A stretch of 64,000 nt of DNA from Octopus sinensis (GCF_006345805.1 NC_042999.1:30132001-30196000), one strand, 5' to 3'; numbered from the stretch's first letter, positions 1 to 13,937 are shown. The notes: generated from the letters alone by a model not told the origin. Program-made: numbers and translations.

Positions 1-1096
1 ACGATTAAATGTTAACTTAGCCTGGAATTATGCATGCAATGTAATGTTTAATATATATTTACAGTAGATCTGGAACGTAGGGCTAATGAAACTATTTTAT
101 GATTCATCTTTACCCTGACTTCGTTATGCAAAAATCAATGCCCGAAGTACAGACTTATTCATTTGGTCTAAACTCGCCTCTGACAGTTATATTCCAACAA
201 ATTTAACAATATTCGATATTCTCTTCAAACGCTCATCTCCCTTTCAGAATTTCCCTCTCAAATACTTAACGATAGTTTCGGTGAAGGGAATTGTGGCGGC
301 GTTTTTACTGCGTTCAATCTAATTGGATACGTAACTCCCATCATTAACCAGCAGAAAAAAGGGTCTCTATTTATCTGCCAAATATTATCATCAGGAATTA
401 ACAGATATTGGAAATGTACCTGCAGAATGAATTCATTGTCTTGGAAATGCTACGGTAATAGCAGTCTCGTCTCTGTAGACCTCTTTAATCGGAAGTGTAA
501 CCACGGTGAAACTACACGTCTAGATATTTCCGAACGTTGTTCGTATTTTCAAGGCTGAATATATTCTGCTCCAAGCAGAATGTATTCTCAAAGTATGAGA
601 ATTTTCAACACATTCATCCGATAATGAACTCGATCTTTTCACACAATCTGTATGACACCAATTTTGATATCAGAGACAGTTTTTAACATGCGTAGATTTT
701 CTAGATTAATGACTTACCTGATATCAATGGCGTTGCGCTTCTATAAATATGGTTAAAGTCAACCTCAATGCTGAAATATTGTCAAGAGCAACCACAATGG
801 AATATAAAAGACTTCGGTTGGCACAGATATCGTTTCATCTCTATATATCATGCATTTTATATCCAAATCTCTACTCATTTCTCCATTCTCTTTAAAACTA
901 CTGCGGAAGCAATCCTGATGTCAGTGTTTAAATAATACTTAGAACATTATCCATTTTATATAGTTTTATATATCTGAATGTAATCCAATTAACTCTCCGC
1001 TTATAACGAAACTGCAATTATTTACGAGATGTCACTACACCACGGTTGTATATTTGTTTGCCACCTCTTACTGAAATTTTCTCATCGTTCCGAGTC

Positions 1097-1097
<1 letters not shown>

Positions 1098-1135
<38 letters not shown>

Positions 1136-1420
1136 TGTGTACAGTGCTCAGGTGCACTAGAACTCATCTAAAGTGTATATATAATCAGGTGTAGTTTCGG
1201 CGGATTTCGGAAAGCATGAGGGCCTTAAAAGATGCAGTGTCATGGCAGTCAACAACTGACGCAGGCAGTTTATTCCATGCTTCAGCAATTCTGAGCGTGA
1301 AAAAATGTTTCCGAAAGTCATGGGAGCTGTATTGTTTTCTGACTTTGTAGGCATGTCCACGTGTGTTAGACACATGGAGATCAAAAAGGTGTTCAGTGTT
1401 GTTGTTGGTGAGGTGGTTGA
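1098..1420 (-). mobile_element. 3' end of a CR1/L2-like LINE with (ATT)n tail
   Basis: Minus ORF 1185-1559 ends in TRGHAYKVRKQYSSHDFRKHFFTLRIAEAWNKLPASVV, the typical CR1/L2-type ORF2 C-terminus. It is followed in sense by a short UTR and the (TAA)n tract at 1098-1135. Confidence 0.75.
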
Positions 1421-1859
1421 TAACTTTGTGGGTGTTTACCAAGTCCGTCGCCAAACGCCGGAGCTTCAGTGAATCCATGCCCAGGGAAACCCCTTCGGTT
1501 CGGGTGAACAGTTGTAATTGGATCATACCACTAACAAAACCTCTATTTCTATATATCAATATTAAACAGTTTCTTGTATTTCGCTACAGTTAATTGTCTA
1601 TGTGCTTGAAATTTTTCCTTGTGTTTTTATTACTGGCTGATAATGAAGTAAAAATATCGAAAAATTGGAAGGGAATGTAATGTGTCTCAAAAAATCAGGT
1701 GATTTACGAAGACATTAACAGTTAAAGGTATGTTAATCTCGTCGAACGGAAATTGAAACCATCATTATGGTTAAAGTTGAGGGAAAATTATTTCTTCTCT
1801 ACTACGACATCAATTCGTCTGTTTATAGCTGATGAGGGTTCCGATAATTATAATTAGGA

Positions 1860-2270
1860 TGATGTTAATTATGGTGGTGATTATTATGATGATTGATTTG
1901 ATAGAGATGCATGTAATAAGGATGTGCTAAGGGTGACGATGATGATGATGATTATGAGGATGAGGGTGATGACGCAGAAGAAGAGGAGGAAGAGGAGGAA
2001 GAGGAGGAGTGGAGGAGGAATATTAGAGGTAAAGACGAGAACAACGGTGGTCATGGAGTAAAGGATGAACGGGGTAATGCTTCAATGATGATGTAAATGA
2101 ATATTGTTACGCTGTTTTCAATGACGTTGTTCACAATATCATCGGTGACCCACATTGTTAGAATGGTGAAGGCGATGAGATTAGAGATGATGATGATGAC
2201 GATGAAGACGATGATGATGGTGGTGGTGATGATGATGATGATGATGATGGTGATGATATGAGTAGTGATG
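1860..2270. repeat. Degenerate GAT/GAG/GGT trinucleotide low-complexity tract
   Basis: Runs of gatgatgat, gaggaagag and ggtggt are visible directly. Confidence 0.85.
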
Positions 2271-2602
2271 GTGGTGGTGATACTGGTGTTCGTGGTAGTG
2301 ATGATTATTGCAGTTTAATATCATTTTGCATTGTATACGAAGCTGGATTAGATATCAATTATTAATAATACATCGTGGTATGTCTGGGTTCAATTAGCGC
2401 AGGTTACACATGAACATACGAAGCTACGCTGAATTATCCGGTTCCAAATGCTTACAAATTAAATATAGCTATAAGAAAAGAAATTAAAATGTAATGTAGA
2501 ATCGAATTACTTTAATCACGTGCACTAATGGAGATAATATATAATCTAGATGCTATTTAGAATTACATGGGTGACAGAAACTAGACGCAGCAAAGAATTT
2601 AT

Positions 2603-2627
2603 ACAGTAGTAGTATTATTATTAGTAA

Positions 2628-2672
<45 letters not shown>

Positions 2673-2700
2673 CAGCAGCAGTAGTACTAGGAGGAGGAGG
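2603..2700. repeat. (TAG)n microsatellite
   Basis: Direct reading. Confidence 0.9.
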
Positions 2701-2799
2701 TGGTGGCGTGGCGGCGATGGCACCGGTAGAACTTGCTGTAATAAGGCATAGTGGTAGTATTAAAATAATCTCTTTTATTGGTCACAAGGAAAATTACAA

Positions 2800-5260
2800 A
2801 GATGTGTGGTTAACATCAATACTACCACATTAAAGGATATAACAGATGAAACATAAAACATAGTAGAGAAATAAATAATAAATAAATAAGTAAATATATT
2901 CCCCAATAGCGGGGCAGTTCATTTAGGTTAATCCGGTGTGAACTCCAAACGAAACTCCCGAATTACTCTGCCATCTCCAAAGCAATGGAAAGAGCCGGCT
3001 TCTAGTTCCTTTCCTCTTGCTTTGAAAAGCATATCCAGAGTAGATCCATCCAGTCTCACCTGTCTAGATGCTGTCGACCACCTTTTGAGAAACAAACTAG
3101 AAAGAGACCCTTCATCGCTACCCTTACTTTTCTCTTCAAATGATATTTGGAGAAATTAATTTGGGTTCGGACAGATAGGAAAGCGCCTGTTTTCAAACCT
3201 TTCATACGCATCCACCACGCAGCCCATAAGTAGGGAAAGGTCTGCCTACCTTCTATGCTAAGGTAAGGTAAGGCGTCGATCTTCACTATTCACTCGGCAG
3301 ATAAATGTATTCGTCTTACACGCGACAGCAACTGCTTCACCCAATCTCACAATTCTTTAATGCACGGGAACGAAATTATTGCAAGAAGGACAGCTTCGTC
3401 CCACTCCAAGTATCTCCGATGGGTTCAGCTGTTGGCACTTTTATGACAAAAAACCTTGTCTCGAATAGGAAACGCTCCTATGTAGCCTGGCCAAACCTAA
3501 GAATTTTATAAATTGTCCATGATCTTCGACCCGAAATTCCTATGGGGGAGACTACTCAAACTGTTCTCGTCGATTCCTAGATTCAATCATAAGCCATCCT
3601 CAGGTATACCCTCAACAAGGCCCCTAGAAAATTCTTGAATTGTTTTCCCGCTAGCAGTTTTGGATAGCTGGTAAAATGCAGTGAGCGCCTGGCAACATTC
3701 TAGATGCCAAATGCCCAATCTTGTTCTACGTTTGATCCATGACTGAAGCTCAGTCAATGAGGTAAGTTTCGGAAAGTCGTCGCGTGAAAGATGCCCACAC
3801 CAGCTTACACTTAATTTCGTCAAAGTCGTCGTCGTTGTCCACATCATCGCACTGATTTAGATATTTCTGTAGGTGTGACTACCTCAAAGAGTGGCGCCGC
3901 ATCATTAAGGGTACCATCCCAATACAACCACTTTGTGGGTGTTAATGGCGTATGGATATTTGACAAGTGCAAGCTGACCTTTCTATATGAATGAGAAAGG
4001 CTGCCGCTCCAATTTGGCCAGTGTTTTCTGAAAACAGTGTACGACGGCTAGCTGGTAGAACACTACCACGGCCTTATATGCATTCTATACTTCCGCCCGG
4101 TCTTTAGAGATATGATACGTTTCTGCCAATTTCTTGCTAAGCTTGGTCGCCCTAGTCATGCATTCTTCCTAATTCCTATTTACTTGGAGATCTGGTCCGC
4201 ACCGGATACCGAGCACATTCACCGGACCCTCCTTCTAGCGACAGAAGTCGCCGATAGTCGACTACTAATTCGCCTACAATGGTAGAAATTGTTTCGTCAA
4301 GGCCTACTTGCAGAATTACATACTTATCATGGTTTATGAGTGCTCCTGTGCATTCCTTATATGCTCTCATTATTATGTCGGGTTTTTCTATGTGTGAAGA
4401 GTCTGACACCATGAGAGTGACGTCGTCCACATATGCACACAGCTCTCCTCTCACCTAGTTCTAGCTGGATACCGTCAAATACTCCATCTATCTCAGGAAG
4501 TTAAAATATATAAAAGCGGGGAGAGAGAGAGAGAGCATCATTGGCGTATCATGTGTTCAATATTGAAAGGTCCCGAGAGGAGGCTATTCTATTTGATAAC
4601 TGAGGAAATGTCACTATAAATTGCGGTGATACAGCCTTTGAAGAAGGGACCAAAGCCGACAAATTTTAGGACATACACCAGATAGCGATGTTCGACCCTG
4701 TCATAACATTTGGACTGGTCCAAATTGACCAGTGCTCTTCTAAAGCCCGATCTATGCCCAACACGTTCTACGATACATCGCATGAGTTGGAGATTGTCGT
4801 GAATATATCCATCTGAGATCGCACAGTTATGTGCATCCCCGACTATACAACCGATAATAAGCGCTAGCCCCTTGGTGAGCACCTTAGCTAAAATTTTTAA
4901 CTCATTGTTGAGTAGAGTTATGAACCTGAAGTTTTCAATTGCATCTTCTTGCTCAGATCCTTTCTCCGAAACGTCAGCACTCCCCAGCTCACACGACTGG
5001 GAATACTTCTCATCTGTTCCCAGCTGTAGACAGCGGCTAAAACCAGCGCAAACAAGTCTGACATGTGAGCATATAATTAATGGGGCCCTACTATCCAATC
5101 TATCCTGGAGATTTGCGCCTCACGCGGCGGACAAGTGCTTCTTCCACTTCCTTCACTGAAAATGCCTCACACGGCCCTCGGTATCCATTTCCGACAGGAC
5201 CACTGCGCTCCGTCACAAAACGAATCCTAGATTTGTTTTCATGCTGTGCCTCCGCTACCC
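2800..5260 (-). mobile_element. Decayed, 5'-truncated Tx1/L1-clade non-LTR retrotransposon ORF2 (reverse transcriptase region)
   Basis: Minus-strand fragments: KEVEEAL..KSPG (5100-5200); ENFRFITLLNNELKILAKVL..IHDNL..NLDQSKCYDRVEH..GFGPFF (4589-4950); AYVDDVTL (YADD equivalent, ~4430); FSKYHLKRKVRV (3056-3286). Multiple stops and frameshifts. Confidence 0.8.
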
Positions 5261-5289
5261 GGACAGCACTGGGAGCTATGTAGAAAGCA

Positions 5290-5720
5290 AGGATTTGAAC
5301 ATACTGATAAATGGTATGAATATGATTCTAGTAAAATGCTAAAAGTAAGAAAGATAAGATAACAGAGTAATAGAAGCCAGGCGGCCTGATTTAGAAGTAG
5401 GAGATAAAGAGAATTGAAAGTGCCAGAATATTGACGTTACAGTCATAAATGATGGAACATTAATATGAGATGTGCAGAAAAAATAGCAAAGTACCAGGAC
5501 CTAGCCATTGAGTTATAAAGATTATGGAAAGTGCGGGTAAACTGTATCCGAGTAGTTATGGGTGTATTGGGGACTATCCGAAACTATCTGAAAAGATAGA
5601 GGGAATAGGGGAATAGGTGTAAACAGCAGTCTAGTACACCTCCAGAACACAGTGTTATAAGGCCAGTTAGTATACTTAGGACGCTCTTGACATCTAAGAC
5701 TACTTGTTTCAGCCCGATCA
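5290..5720 (+). mobile_element. R4/Dong-type LINE 3' fragment (restriction-like endonuclease domain)
   Basis: Broken frames give EARRPDL..IDV.V..EKIAKYQDLAIE..RLWK..V..LGT, the PD..D..K REL motif. An (AAC/AAT)n tract follows. Confidence 0.65.
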
Positions 5721-5751
5721 TTTGTTTCTTTTCCAACTTTTGAGCGTATAT

Positions 5752-5859
5752 GAAAATAACAACAACAAAACAACAACAAGAATAATAATATTAATAATAA
5801 CAATAACAACATTAACAACAACAACAATAACAATAATGATAATAATAATAATAATAATA

Positions 5860-5910
<51 letters not shown>

Positions 5911-5950
5911 TGATGATAATCATAACGACCAAAACAACAATAATAATGAC
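5752..5950. repeat. (AAC)n/(AAT)n compound microsatellite
   Basis: Direct reading. Confidence 0.95.
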
Positions 5951-6160
5951 GTCTCATGTTAACTGTTTTGCTATTAAAATGGGCTACAGCAAATATGCTG
6001 CTAAATACTACAGATTTGTTTGTCAGTTGCTTGGCATTATCTAGTTGAGCATGTCACTTAGCGGATGAGGGTGTGTGCATCTCTGATCACGAGGAAAAGT
6101 AGTGGGGGACATCATAGCCACAGGCTTGGAGGGATTGTTTGGTGTTTCGATAATTCACAT
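5950..6160 (+). repeat. Partial copy of an unclassified interspersed repeat (reverse complement of ~49780-49975)
   Basis: Shares atgggctacagcaaatat, agttgagcatgtc, gtgcatctctgatcacgag and catcatagcca with the reverse complement of 49780-49975. Confidence 0.75.
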
Positions 6161-8649
6161 TTGTAAACGTGGGTGTTTGAGAAAAGGAAAACAAAAATAT
6201 CAAAACCGCTGGAAAAAAAAAAAAGACATATGCCAAAAGAAAATACATCAGTAACCGCAGAAAAGACACTTCGACGAGAAAATAAAAATAAATTTCTATA
6301 AACAACTGAACAATGATATACCAGGTGAAGAAACAGCAAGCAAAGAAGTCGAGTGAAACATAAATGTAGAATGGTTCCTGGAATTTAAAGACAGATGGAA
6401 GACAGATCAACGCAAGAAAAAATTACATACACAGATAAGAAACTAAAAGTGATGATAGGAAGCATAAAAAGCAGGAAAGACCCCGGACCATCTGGAAACG
6501 TTGCTCTAGTCCCCTCAGCCGTAGATATGTGTTGCGTCGTTACTGGTGCAAAGCTATATCAGCGTTTGCTTTCCCTTGGACAACCTCGGTGGCGATAAAG
6601 GACGAGTGGTATGAATAGGTGGATGCTGATCTTCAATAAACAACCTTGCCCGGACAGAAATATCCGAGGTGCTATCCTATTATCATACATAATCAAGATG
6701 GTACAATATAAAACCAATACATAATTCAAATGTCACTAATTGTGATTGGGGTTTCTTAATAGTACCTATTTTGCCAGAAATAAGGCTGCATGAAATACAC
6801 GATTGATAAACACCGACAGGGGAGACAACCGCCCCATCAGCAACGGTATGAGCACTGGACTAGATTAGTTTTGGAGATGATGCAGCCGATAGTAGTTTTT
6901 GTCTTTTTTTCATACCTAACCTGAAGTAGAATATCTTTTCAATTAATCCTTTTACATTGTGCAAGGAATACAGAAAAAAGATTTCTCTAATATTTCTATA
7001 AATTTTCATTTAGTTTTCTTTCCTTATCTATCTTCCAGAATTTATAAAACCAGGAAAGATATTTGGTGATGTATCATTTGGCTTCAACTTTTCTCCTAAT
7101 ATTGAACATCATTGTAATGTAAGGTACATAACAATATATAATTATACTTGTGACCTTCCACGTTATCCAACAACGTTTTTTTTTTTATGTTAGGAACTTA
7201 TAGAATTGTTTCCACGTCAGACAAAACGGTCAGCGGCCTTTCTTCCGACTTTACGTTCTGGGAATAAACACAACATATTTCTGCTTTGCTTTTTATTATT
7301 CCAGGTTCAATAAAATAAGTACCAGTATTATACAAGGGACGATGTAATCGAAGATCCTACTTTCCCGGAATTCATAGCATTGTTCCAAAATTTACAACCA
7401 GTATTATCGTTAGTTTCGAATTATTCTTCATAGTATTGCCCATAGCGTTATAATTACAATTCCTATGATATATAATGTTTATTACAATATCTATTTCATG
7501 TATTCACGAAAACTGAAGAAAAATAAAACGCACATAATGGGGAAGTATTTCAGAGACTACATCAAGATGGACCAACGAAAGCTTTAATTTTAAAACAATG
7601 TTCACCTTTTTATCCGTGCAAGCTACCTGATCGAACCTTTAGCTCTTAGACATAAATAACCTAATATAGCTAGAAATGAATGGACTACACAGGAATATCA
7701 AAAGGAATTTATGTCAGATAATGTATATAAGTTCCATTATCTTAATGTAGTGATTTTGTACATATAGTAACTAGCCATTATAAAAATATATCTCACATAA
7801 ATCTCTTTATTGAAGATGTATTTAACTTTATTTATATTGTTAGTGCTATTGACTTTGTTGTTATGCTGCTATGTCATATTTCCTCCGCCATAGTCCTTAC
7901 GCAGTCTGTCCATTTCTATCTCACTTTTTCTTTTTATGAAGTAAATGGATGATGGTTTACTTCTTATAGTTTAGATACACATATAAATAAAGGGTAAATC
8001 TGAACCCGTGAGGAAAGCGATGCGGAAAATATACTATGCACAGTTTGTGTCATTGAGATACGTGAACAGAGAGCACAATGTGGCAAATTGTATTTTACGT
8101 GTGTTTGCTTTCAAATAAAATGACCGTCTGAACTGTGTCGGAAACAAGAATTAAATCTTATTAGATGAAAATAACTTAAGGGGTTCTGAGAAAATATTTC
8201 ATGTTTGTATTGCACTATAACATCAAATTGTAAGTAGGAATAAACATATATATGTGTGTGTGTGTGATTGTGTGTGTGCCTGTGTGTGTGCGTGTCTGTG
8301 AGGATGGAGGTTGTCATGTGAGAATTGAGTGTATATTAATAATTCTGTATGATAATGGTGTTTCTATCTGAGAGCTACGAACGAAATTCATGTATTTAAC
8401 GTTGATAGAATTAAAACTTGTAATAAGGAGTATAATTCTAAAGATCACTGATACAATTACCAGTTAAGTCTCTTAACTATTAGAAACTATATTAAAGTAA
8501 ATGATAACGGAAGCAATGGAAAATGCAGTCCAAGATATACAAACAGTTTCAGAGACAAAATCGAATTGCCTCTCACCTGAATGACTGGGGCAGCCAAATA
8601 GGAAAACTGTAACCACCACAACAATCTTACTAATTGTGTTTAAACTAAA

Positions 8650-8654
8650 TCTAT

Positions 8655-8722
<68 letters not shown>

Positions 8723-9190
8723 TAAGACTGAAAATGTGTGTCTGTATGTATGTGTGAATCCCTAAAATCTCAAGTGCTATCCAACCGATTTCATTCAAAT
8801 TTTATACATGCATTACTTACGGTCTCTTGAGTAACATCACCTAAAATATCTTCAAATTCAGGCCTAATGGAGACACAAAGCAATATTAAAATCTTGTTTG
8901 GTATTTCACGTCAAAAGGGAAAAATATGATCTATATTGTAATGTGATAAAATATTGTTACACTTTTAATTTTAAAGTGATAACACTCAAGTCATCTTACT
9001 TTACACATTAGAGTTAATAATTATCGAAACAGTTTCAAAGTTGCAAGGAATTTACAGTTACATATTAACACTTAAATAAATATTTATTACATGTGCTTAT
9101 TCTCTATATTTTTTAATGAAATCATTTGCCTCTATTTTTTTCTGTGCCAATGTATTCTGAAACGGCTCCACCAAAGGAAATCAAATTTTA
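8650..9190 (+). mobile_element. Possible non-autonomous Helitron-like/DINE-like element
   Basis: Starts atcta(TA)n..aa then gtgtgtctgtatgtatg..aaccgatttcattcaaatttt, resembling 5' ends of non-autonomous Helitron-type elements. No clear 3' hairpin/CTAG was found. Confidence 0.3.
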
Positions 9191-10752
9191 GAATGTAATC
9201 ATATCACACCCCACCTGTGTCAACAAGTATTTTTTTTTCATTTCCATTATAACAATATAACACTTTGTAGAGATACTTTTATCTAAAGTCAAATATAGTA
9301 CAGGACATTTTATACAACTACACGACAACAACGTCTCATTTTGTATAGTATGCGTGTATGTGTCTGTCAGAGTATTGTGAATGTATGAGTGTGCATGAGT
9401 CTGTGGTTCAGCGTTCGACGACACTGTCATATATTCTATATGCGTGTCTATGTGTATGTGGACATATGAGTGTCTAAGTGCCTGAGTGTGTATCTGATTC
9501 CTCATTAGCTACTTCAAATAATAGACACATAGGCATACACATTCATATACTTATATGCAGATTCATATGCGTGAATGTATACCTGACTGTGTCTCACTTA
9601 CTATATAGTATTACGCCCCACGATTATCAGCATGTAATTTATTTTCATTTCGATTAAAAGAACATAACATAATCTTTCTATAGTCAACTATAATACAAGA
9701 TATTTTATATGTGTATATGCGTTCTTGTGTATTCGATAAAGATAAAGGATATTTTATATCACGATGCCAACTATATGAGTGTGCAAGTGTCTATGAGTGT
9801 ATGTGTGCGGCAGTATTAATTTGTGTGCGTGTAGGAGTATGTATATTTCTCTGTCTCTGTATGTGCATGGGCATTAAGTACGTTATTAAATATGCACTTA
9901 CAAATACCTACGCACGTGTGAGGTCTGACATGCATGTATATATAACTGTATGTGTCTCTCTTACTATAAGTCTATGACTGCTTGCTTGAGTGTATGTCTG
10001 TATCATCAAATTTTGTATATGTGTGTGTATTTATCAATGAGTGTGTGTGTATTTTCGAGCCCGTTACTTACGTTATTAAACGCAGACATCCCCACATACA
10101 TATACATATGTGTCGACAACGGCTGGAAGTGAAGCTCTTGACAAAAAACAACTGACTGGTCCAAGGTATGTAAAAATACACATCGACTGTTAATCATTGT
10201 CGCAGCTCTTGCAAGATTGAAATGTATTTACAATTTGCTTACATTTGGTAAATTTATGCATAATACAAACATATGAACATGCTAAATACATACAACTGCT
10301 CACAAAAATAGAGATGTATATGTTTTTCTCTGATCATAATATCTTGTATGAAATGTTGGAGAAAACATGCCACCAAAGAAACAAAATCCCTCCAGAAACA
10401 CCTGTACATAAAGGAGTGCAGAAAGCTCTCGAAGGCTAGAATCTCAAAAGATAAAGAGCATGAGACCTTCTCAATATCAGCACGTCTGATTGGGGTCCCA
10501 AAACAGAAGGAAGATGAGACTTTCAAATACCAAAATGGCATGATGACATAGGTGTATACAAACGTTTTGTGAACAAGCGAAACATATATTATCCGTGAGA
10601 AAACGCAGTCAATAGCTTGTTCACCTTTTCGAACGTGACTAAAAACTATTCGGGCTGATAAAAGCATTTCACTTTTACTTATCACTGCTTAGCGCTCCCC
10701 ACCTCTGTAAATGCAATAGGTGATATTCATTAATTATAATCTAGAGGAAAGG

Positions 10753-10808
10753 TTCTTCTTCTTCTTCTTCGTCGTCTTCTTCTTCTTCTTCTTCTTCTTC
10801 TTCTTCTT

Positions 10809-10839
<31 letters not shown>

Positions 10840-10912
10840 TTCTTCTTCTTCTTCTTCTTCTTCTTCTTCTCCTCCTCTTCTTCTCCTTCTTCTTATTCTT
10901 CTTCTTCTTCTT
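10753..10912. repeat. (TTC)n microsatellite
   Basis: Direct reading. Confidence 0.97.
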
Positions 10913-10914
10913 CA

Positions 10915-13380
10915 TTGCATTTCGATTTTCGACGATGCCTTCAGTTTTGTGACCGTACCAAATTTTTGCTCTGTCATGTCCATACTTGTTGCAAAGTGTC
11001 CAATGGAAAGCCTGCCAATATTGTCGCAGGGTCTCTTATATTCCTTCTGGGCTACTCGCGTACATTGGCTGTTAATATTTCAACGTTGAGACCAAAGATT
11101 CGTCAGTTATCATTTTCTGCTGTGTTGTCTATTCTGTATTTTATGTTGTTTGTTTTTAGTGCTTGCTCTTGGGCAGCACAGATTGGAGCCTCCGTTACCT
11201 GTCTTAAATCACTTTTAGTCATCCACAGTCATCTCTTTTCTTAGGCGTTGATAGATTCGGTCTTATTCCGTCCGTTCAATTTCTACTTATGTATCAGTCG
11301 CAGTCTGTGCAAGTACCCCACCTTAAATCTTTCTATCATTTTTTCTCCATCAATTTGTCCATTTCCCAAATCTCCAAGAACTTATAGCCTGTCTCTTCTA
11401 TCTGATTCATTACCTCCCCCGACAGTATCTTCAGCCCGTCCATACATTTGATTTTGCCTCTCTTCAAGCCTATCACACCACACTTTCTCAGTCCGAACTG
11501 GATTCTGATATCATAACTAAAGTTATGCACCGTATCAACGAAAGAACTGACTTGGGTTTCATCTTTACCATGAAGTTGGAGGTCGTCCATGAATAAAAAA
11601 AAAAACTGGTTGACGTTTTGTTGGCGGCTTTTGAATACTTACCCAGCTTTTGCTTTCCTCACAATCAGCACAGTACAAAGATCAGTGGGTACACGCTATT
11701 TCCTGGGAATATGCCGCTCCTAATTTCTAGTGTCCATAAACTTCTTCCAGATTCTGTCAGGTCCTTTCTTCAATACACCATACTTTTTCCAAGCAATCGT
11801 TCAACATTCGATGCAGTACCAAACAGGTTCATACACTCTATGATCCAAGAATGTGGGATCATATCGTACGCCCTACGATAATCAATCCCTGATATGGCTA
11901 GTTACTTTTCTTCCTCTCACAGACTGTAAGTATAGATTAGTCTATCAGGAGTTAATACTTGGTATATCTGCACTTATGACTGCAACCCTTCTGCTCACGT
12001 GGCAGGACTTCCTTTTTTCCAGATGTTCGTATATTGATTCTGTGAGTATTGCCGTCAATAGAGTTCCACATAAATGTCAGCAGGGTATCGGTCTGTAATT
12101 TTCTACCGCATTGCTTTTTTTATGTTTTTCAGACACAACACTGTCCTACCTAATGTCAACCACAGTTGTGTTACTTGATCGGCATTTAGCAAGGTGTTGA
12201 GTTGCGCAGCTCTTCGTACATGACATTCACCAAATCTTTTGATCCAGTATTCTTGAAAGCCATTTGGCCCCGAAGCCTTTCATTTGCTCAATTTGTTGCT
12301 GATTTCCTTTACTTCCCTAACTGAAATGATTAGTTCTGCCTGTTTTGGACAGACTACGGTTTGTTTCAGTTCTTGCAAAGATTCAGCTCCCTTCTTTTGC
12401 TCCTTTCTTTTGCTCCAGACGTCACTCCAAAAAACAAAGCAGCTACAGGGGGTACTGTAGCGATTGTAAGAACAGCAATAGCAATAATAAATAGTGACAG
12501 CAGCAACAGCAACAAAAACAACAACAACAACACCAACACGAATAAGGACAACAATAGCAATGGCAGCAGCACTCTACCAACCTAACTCTTCCGTCAGAGG
12601 CACCTGAAGCAGTGGTGAAAAGAAGTTATGCTTTTCAGCGGAGACGAAAGGAACGGCTATGACAGCCCAGGTAGACATCGAAAAGGTACTGAGGTGCTTG
12701 AGATTACTCGGGGTGTATAGTGAGGGTAAAAAGTACGGCACCATTCCGGTGCCATATAAGTCAGAAGCCCACGCTTTAAAATATTCAATGACCCCTTGCA
12801 AGGTCAGCATTATGTATTCCTTCTACATTGGGAAATGTACAACACGTGTCCGCATTACTAGAATCCCCCCAGAACTTCATATGTGGCACCTTCTGCGATG
12901 CGTAAATGTGGACTGATCTAGCTGCTGCACTATCCCTTGATAAACATCTATCAGATTCTTCATTCAATACTTTTAGATCCAATCCGGTATTGGCACTTCC
13001 AATTTGTGATTTTCTTTCACTATTTCTATGTTTTTAATCTATTTCTGTACTTATTTTTGTTCTTTTGGCCGTCTATTTATCTTAGCCCAACTTAGATTTC
13101 CTGCAACCCTGTCTGGTATCATTGTTACCGGTAATTGCCCATCTCGTTCCTGAAACAGTTCTTTGTTTTTCTTTCTGATTGACTTTAAACGATCCATATT
13201 CTCTGAATTGTTCTCTTCCAGTATTATCTTTCTTGTGTGCCTTCATTGCTACTAATCTTTGTTTCAAATCCTCAAATAGCATACCATAACCTTTATCTCC
13301 AAACTTCCATGCCCTTTCCTATCTCATTTTTAAGATTTTGTCCTGGAATTCCCCACTACTCAACCTATCAAATTGTCCTA
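10915..13380 (-). mobile_element. Decayed R4/Dong-clade LINE, interrupted at ~12350-12920
   Basis: LFEDLKQRLV (13082-13282), KASGPNGFQEYWIK (~12240-12290), ENYRPI (~12090-12105), MDDLQLHGKD..FGLRKCGV..KRGK (11336-11590) and AAQEQALKTN (~11150). Confidence 0.8.
12360..12916 (+). pseudogene. Fragment of a Tx1-like ORF1 (RRM-type gag) inserted into the R4 element
   Basis: AVVKRSY (one frameshift) ..DIEKVL..KKYGT..YIGKCTTRVRITRIPPE aligns by eye with ORF 26920-27543 (VVLRTY..TIEKEL..KFAT..YCGRKLKRAWVCGLPP). Confidence 0.55.
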
Positions 13381-13562
13381 CATATCCTTATTATTTGAAG
13401 AAATTTCGCTACACTCTTGGCTATTGAAAATACACTGACCTACGAAAGCAAGCATAAATACCAAAAGCTTATGTATACATACGCACCCATATATGCTCTT
13501 TGAGACATACCCGCGCAAGTACGAACAAACTTGCGCACACACACACACGTACACACACAAAT

Positions 13563-13564
<2 letters not shown>

Positions 13565-13628
<64 letters not shown>
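13565..13628. repeat. (TA)n microsatellite flanking the palindrome
   Basis: Direct reading. A second (TA)n lies at ~14028-14053. Confidence 0.95.
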
Positions 13629-13630
<2 letters not shown>

Positions 13631-13802
13631 CATATTAGGGAATAAATCCAAATTTACAGGGAAAAAATCAGATTTAGGATTAAATCCAATTTTATAGTAA
13701 AATATTATATAATATTATTAGAGACAAAACCACTATTTTGCAAAACAAACAAGGAAAGCCTTAATCAATACATAAAAGTTTAATAAATAGTCAAAAAAAC
13801 CG

Positions 13803-13845
13803 CCACTACAATTGTTTCTTGTCTTGATCGACAATCTTCAGGTGG
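13803..13845 (-). ncRNA. Minimal type I hammerhead ribozyme motif (mirror copy)
   Basis: Exact reverse complement of 13895-13937. Confidence 0.85.
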
Positions 13846-13894
13846 CCTTCCAATAAGTCAGTTTCAAATTATTTGAAACTGACTTATTGGAAGT

Positions 13895-13937
13895 CCACCT
13901 GAAGATTGTCGATCAAGACAAGAAACAATTGTAGTGG
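13895..13937 (+). ncRNA. Minimal type I hammerhead ribozyme motif
   Basis: ccac-CTGAAGA-ttgtc(gatcaa)gacaa-GAAAC-aatt-GTA-gtgg: full core, 4-bp stem I, 5-bp stem II, palindromic short stem III, GUA cleavage triplet. Confidence 0.85.

Noticed and set aside
1-1080. Possibly coding-derived sequence at the window start
   Set aside because: No long ORF and no motif I could assign with confidence on either strand.
1824-1860. CTGATGA-gg(gtt)cc-GATA hammerhead-like string
   Set aside because: GAAA is altered, helix II is only 2 bp and there is no stem I; likely chance in GAT-rich DNA.
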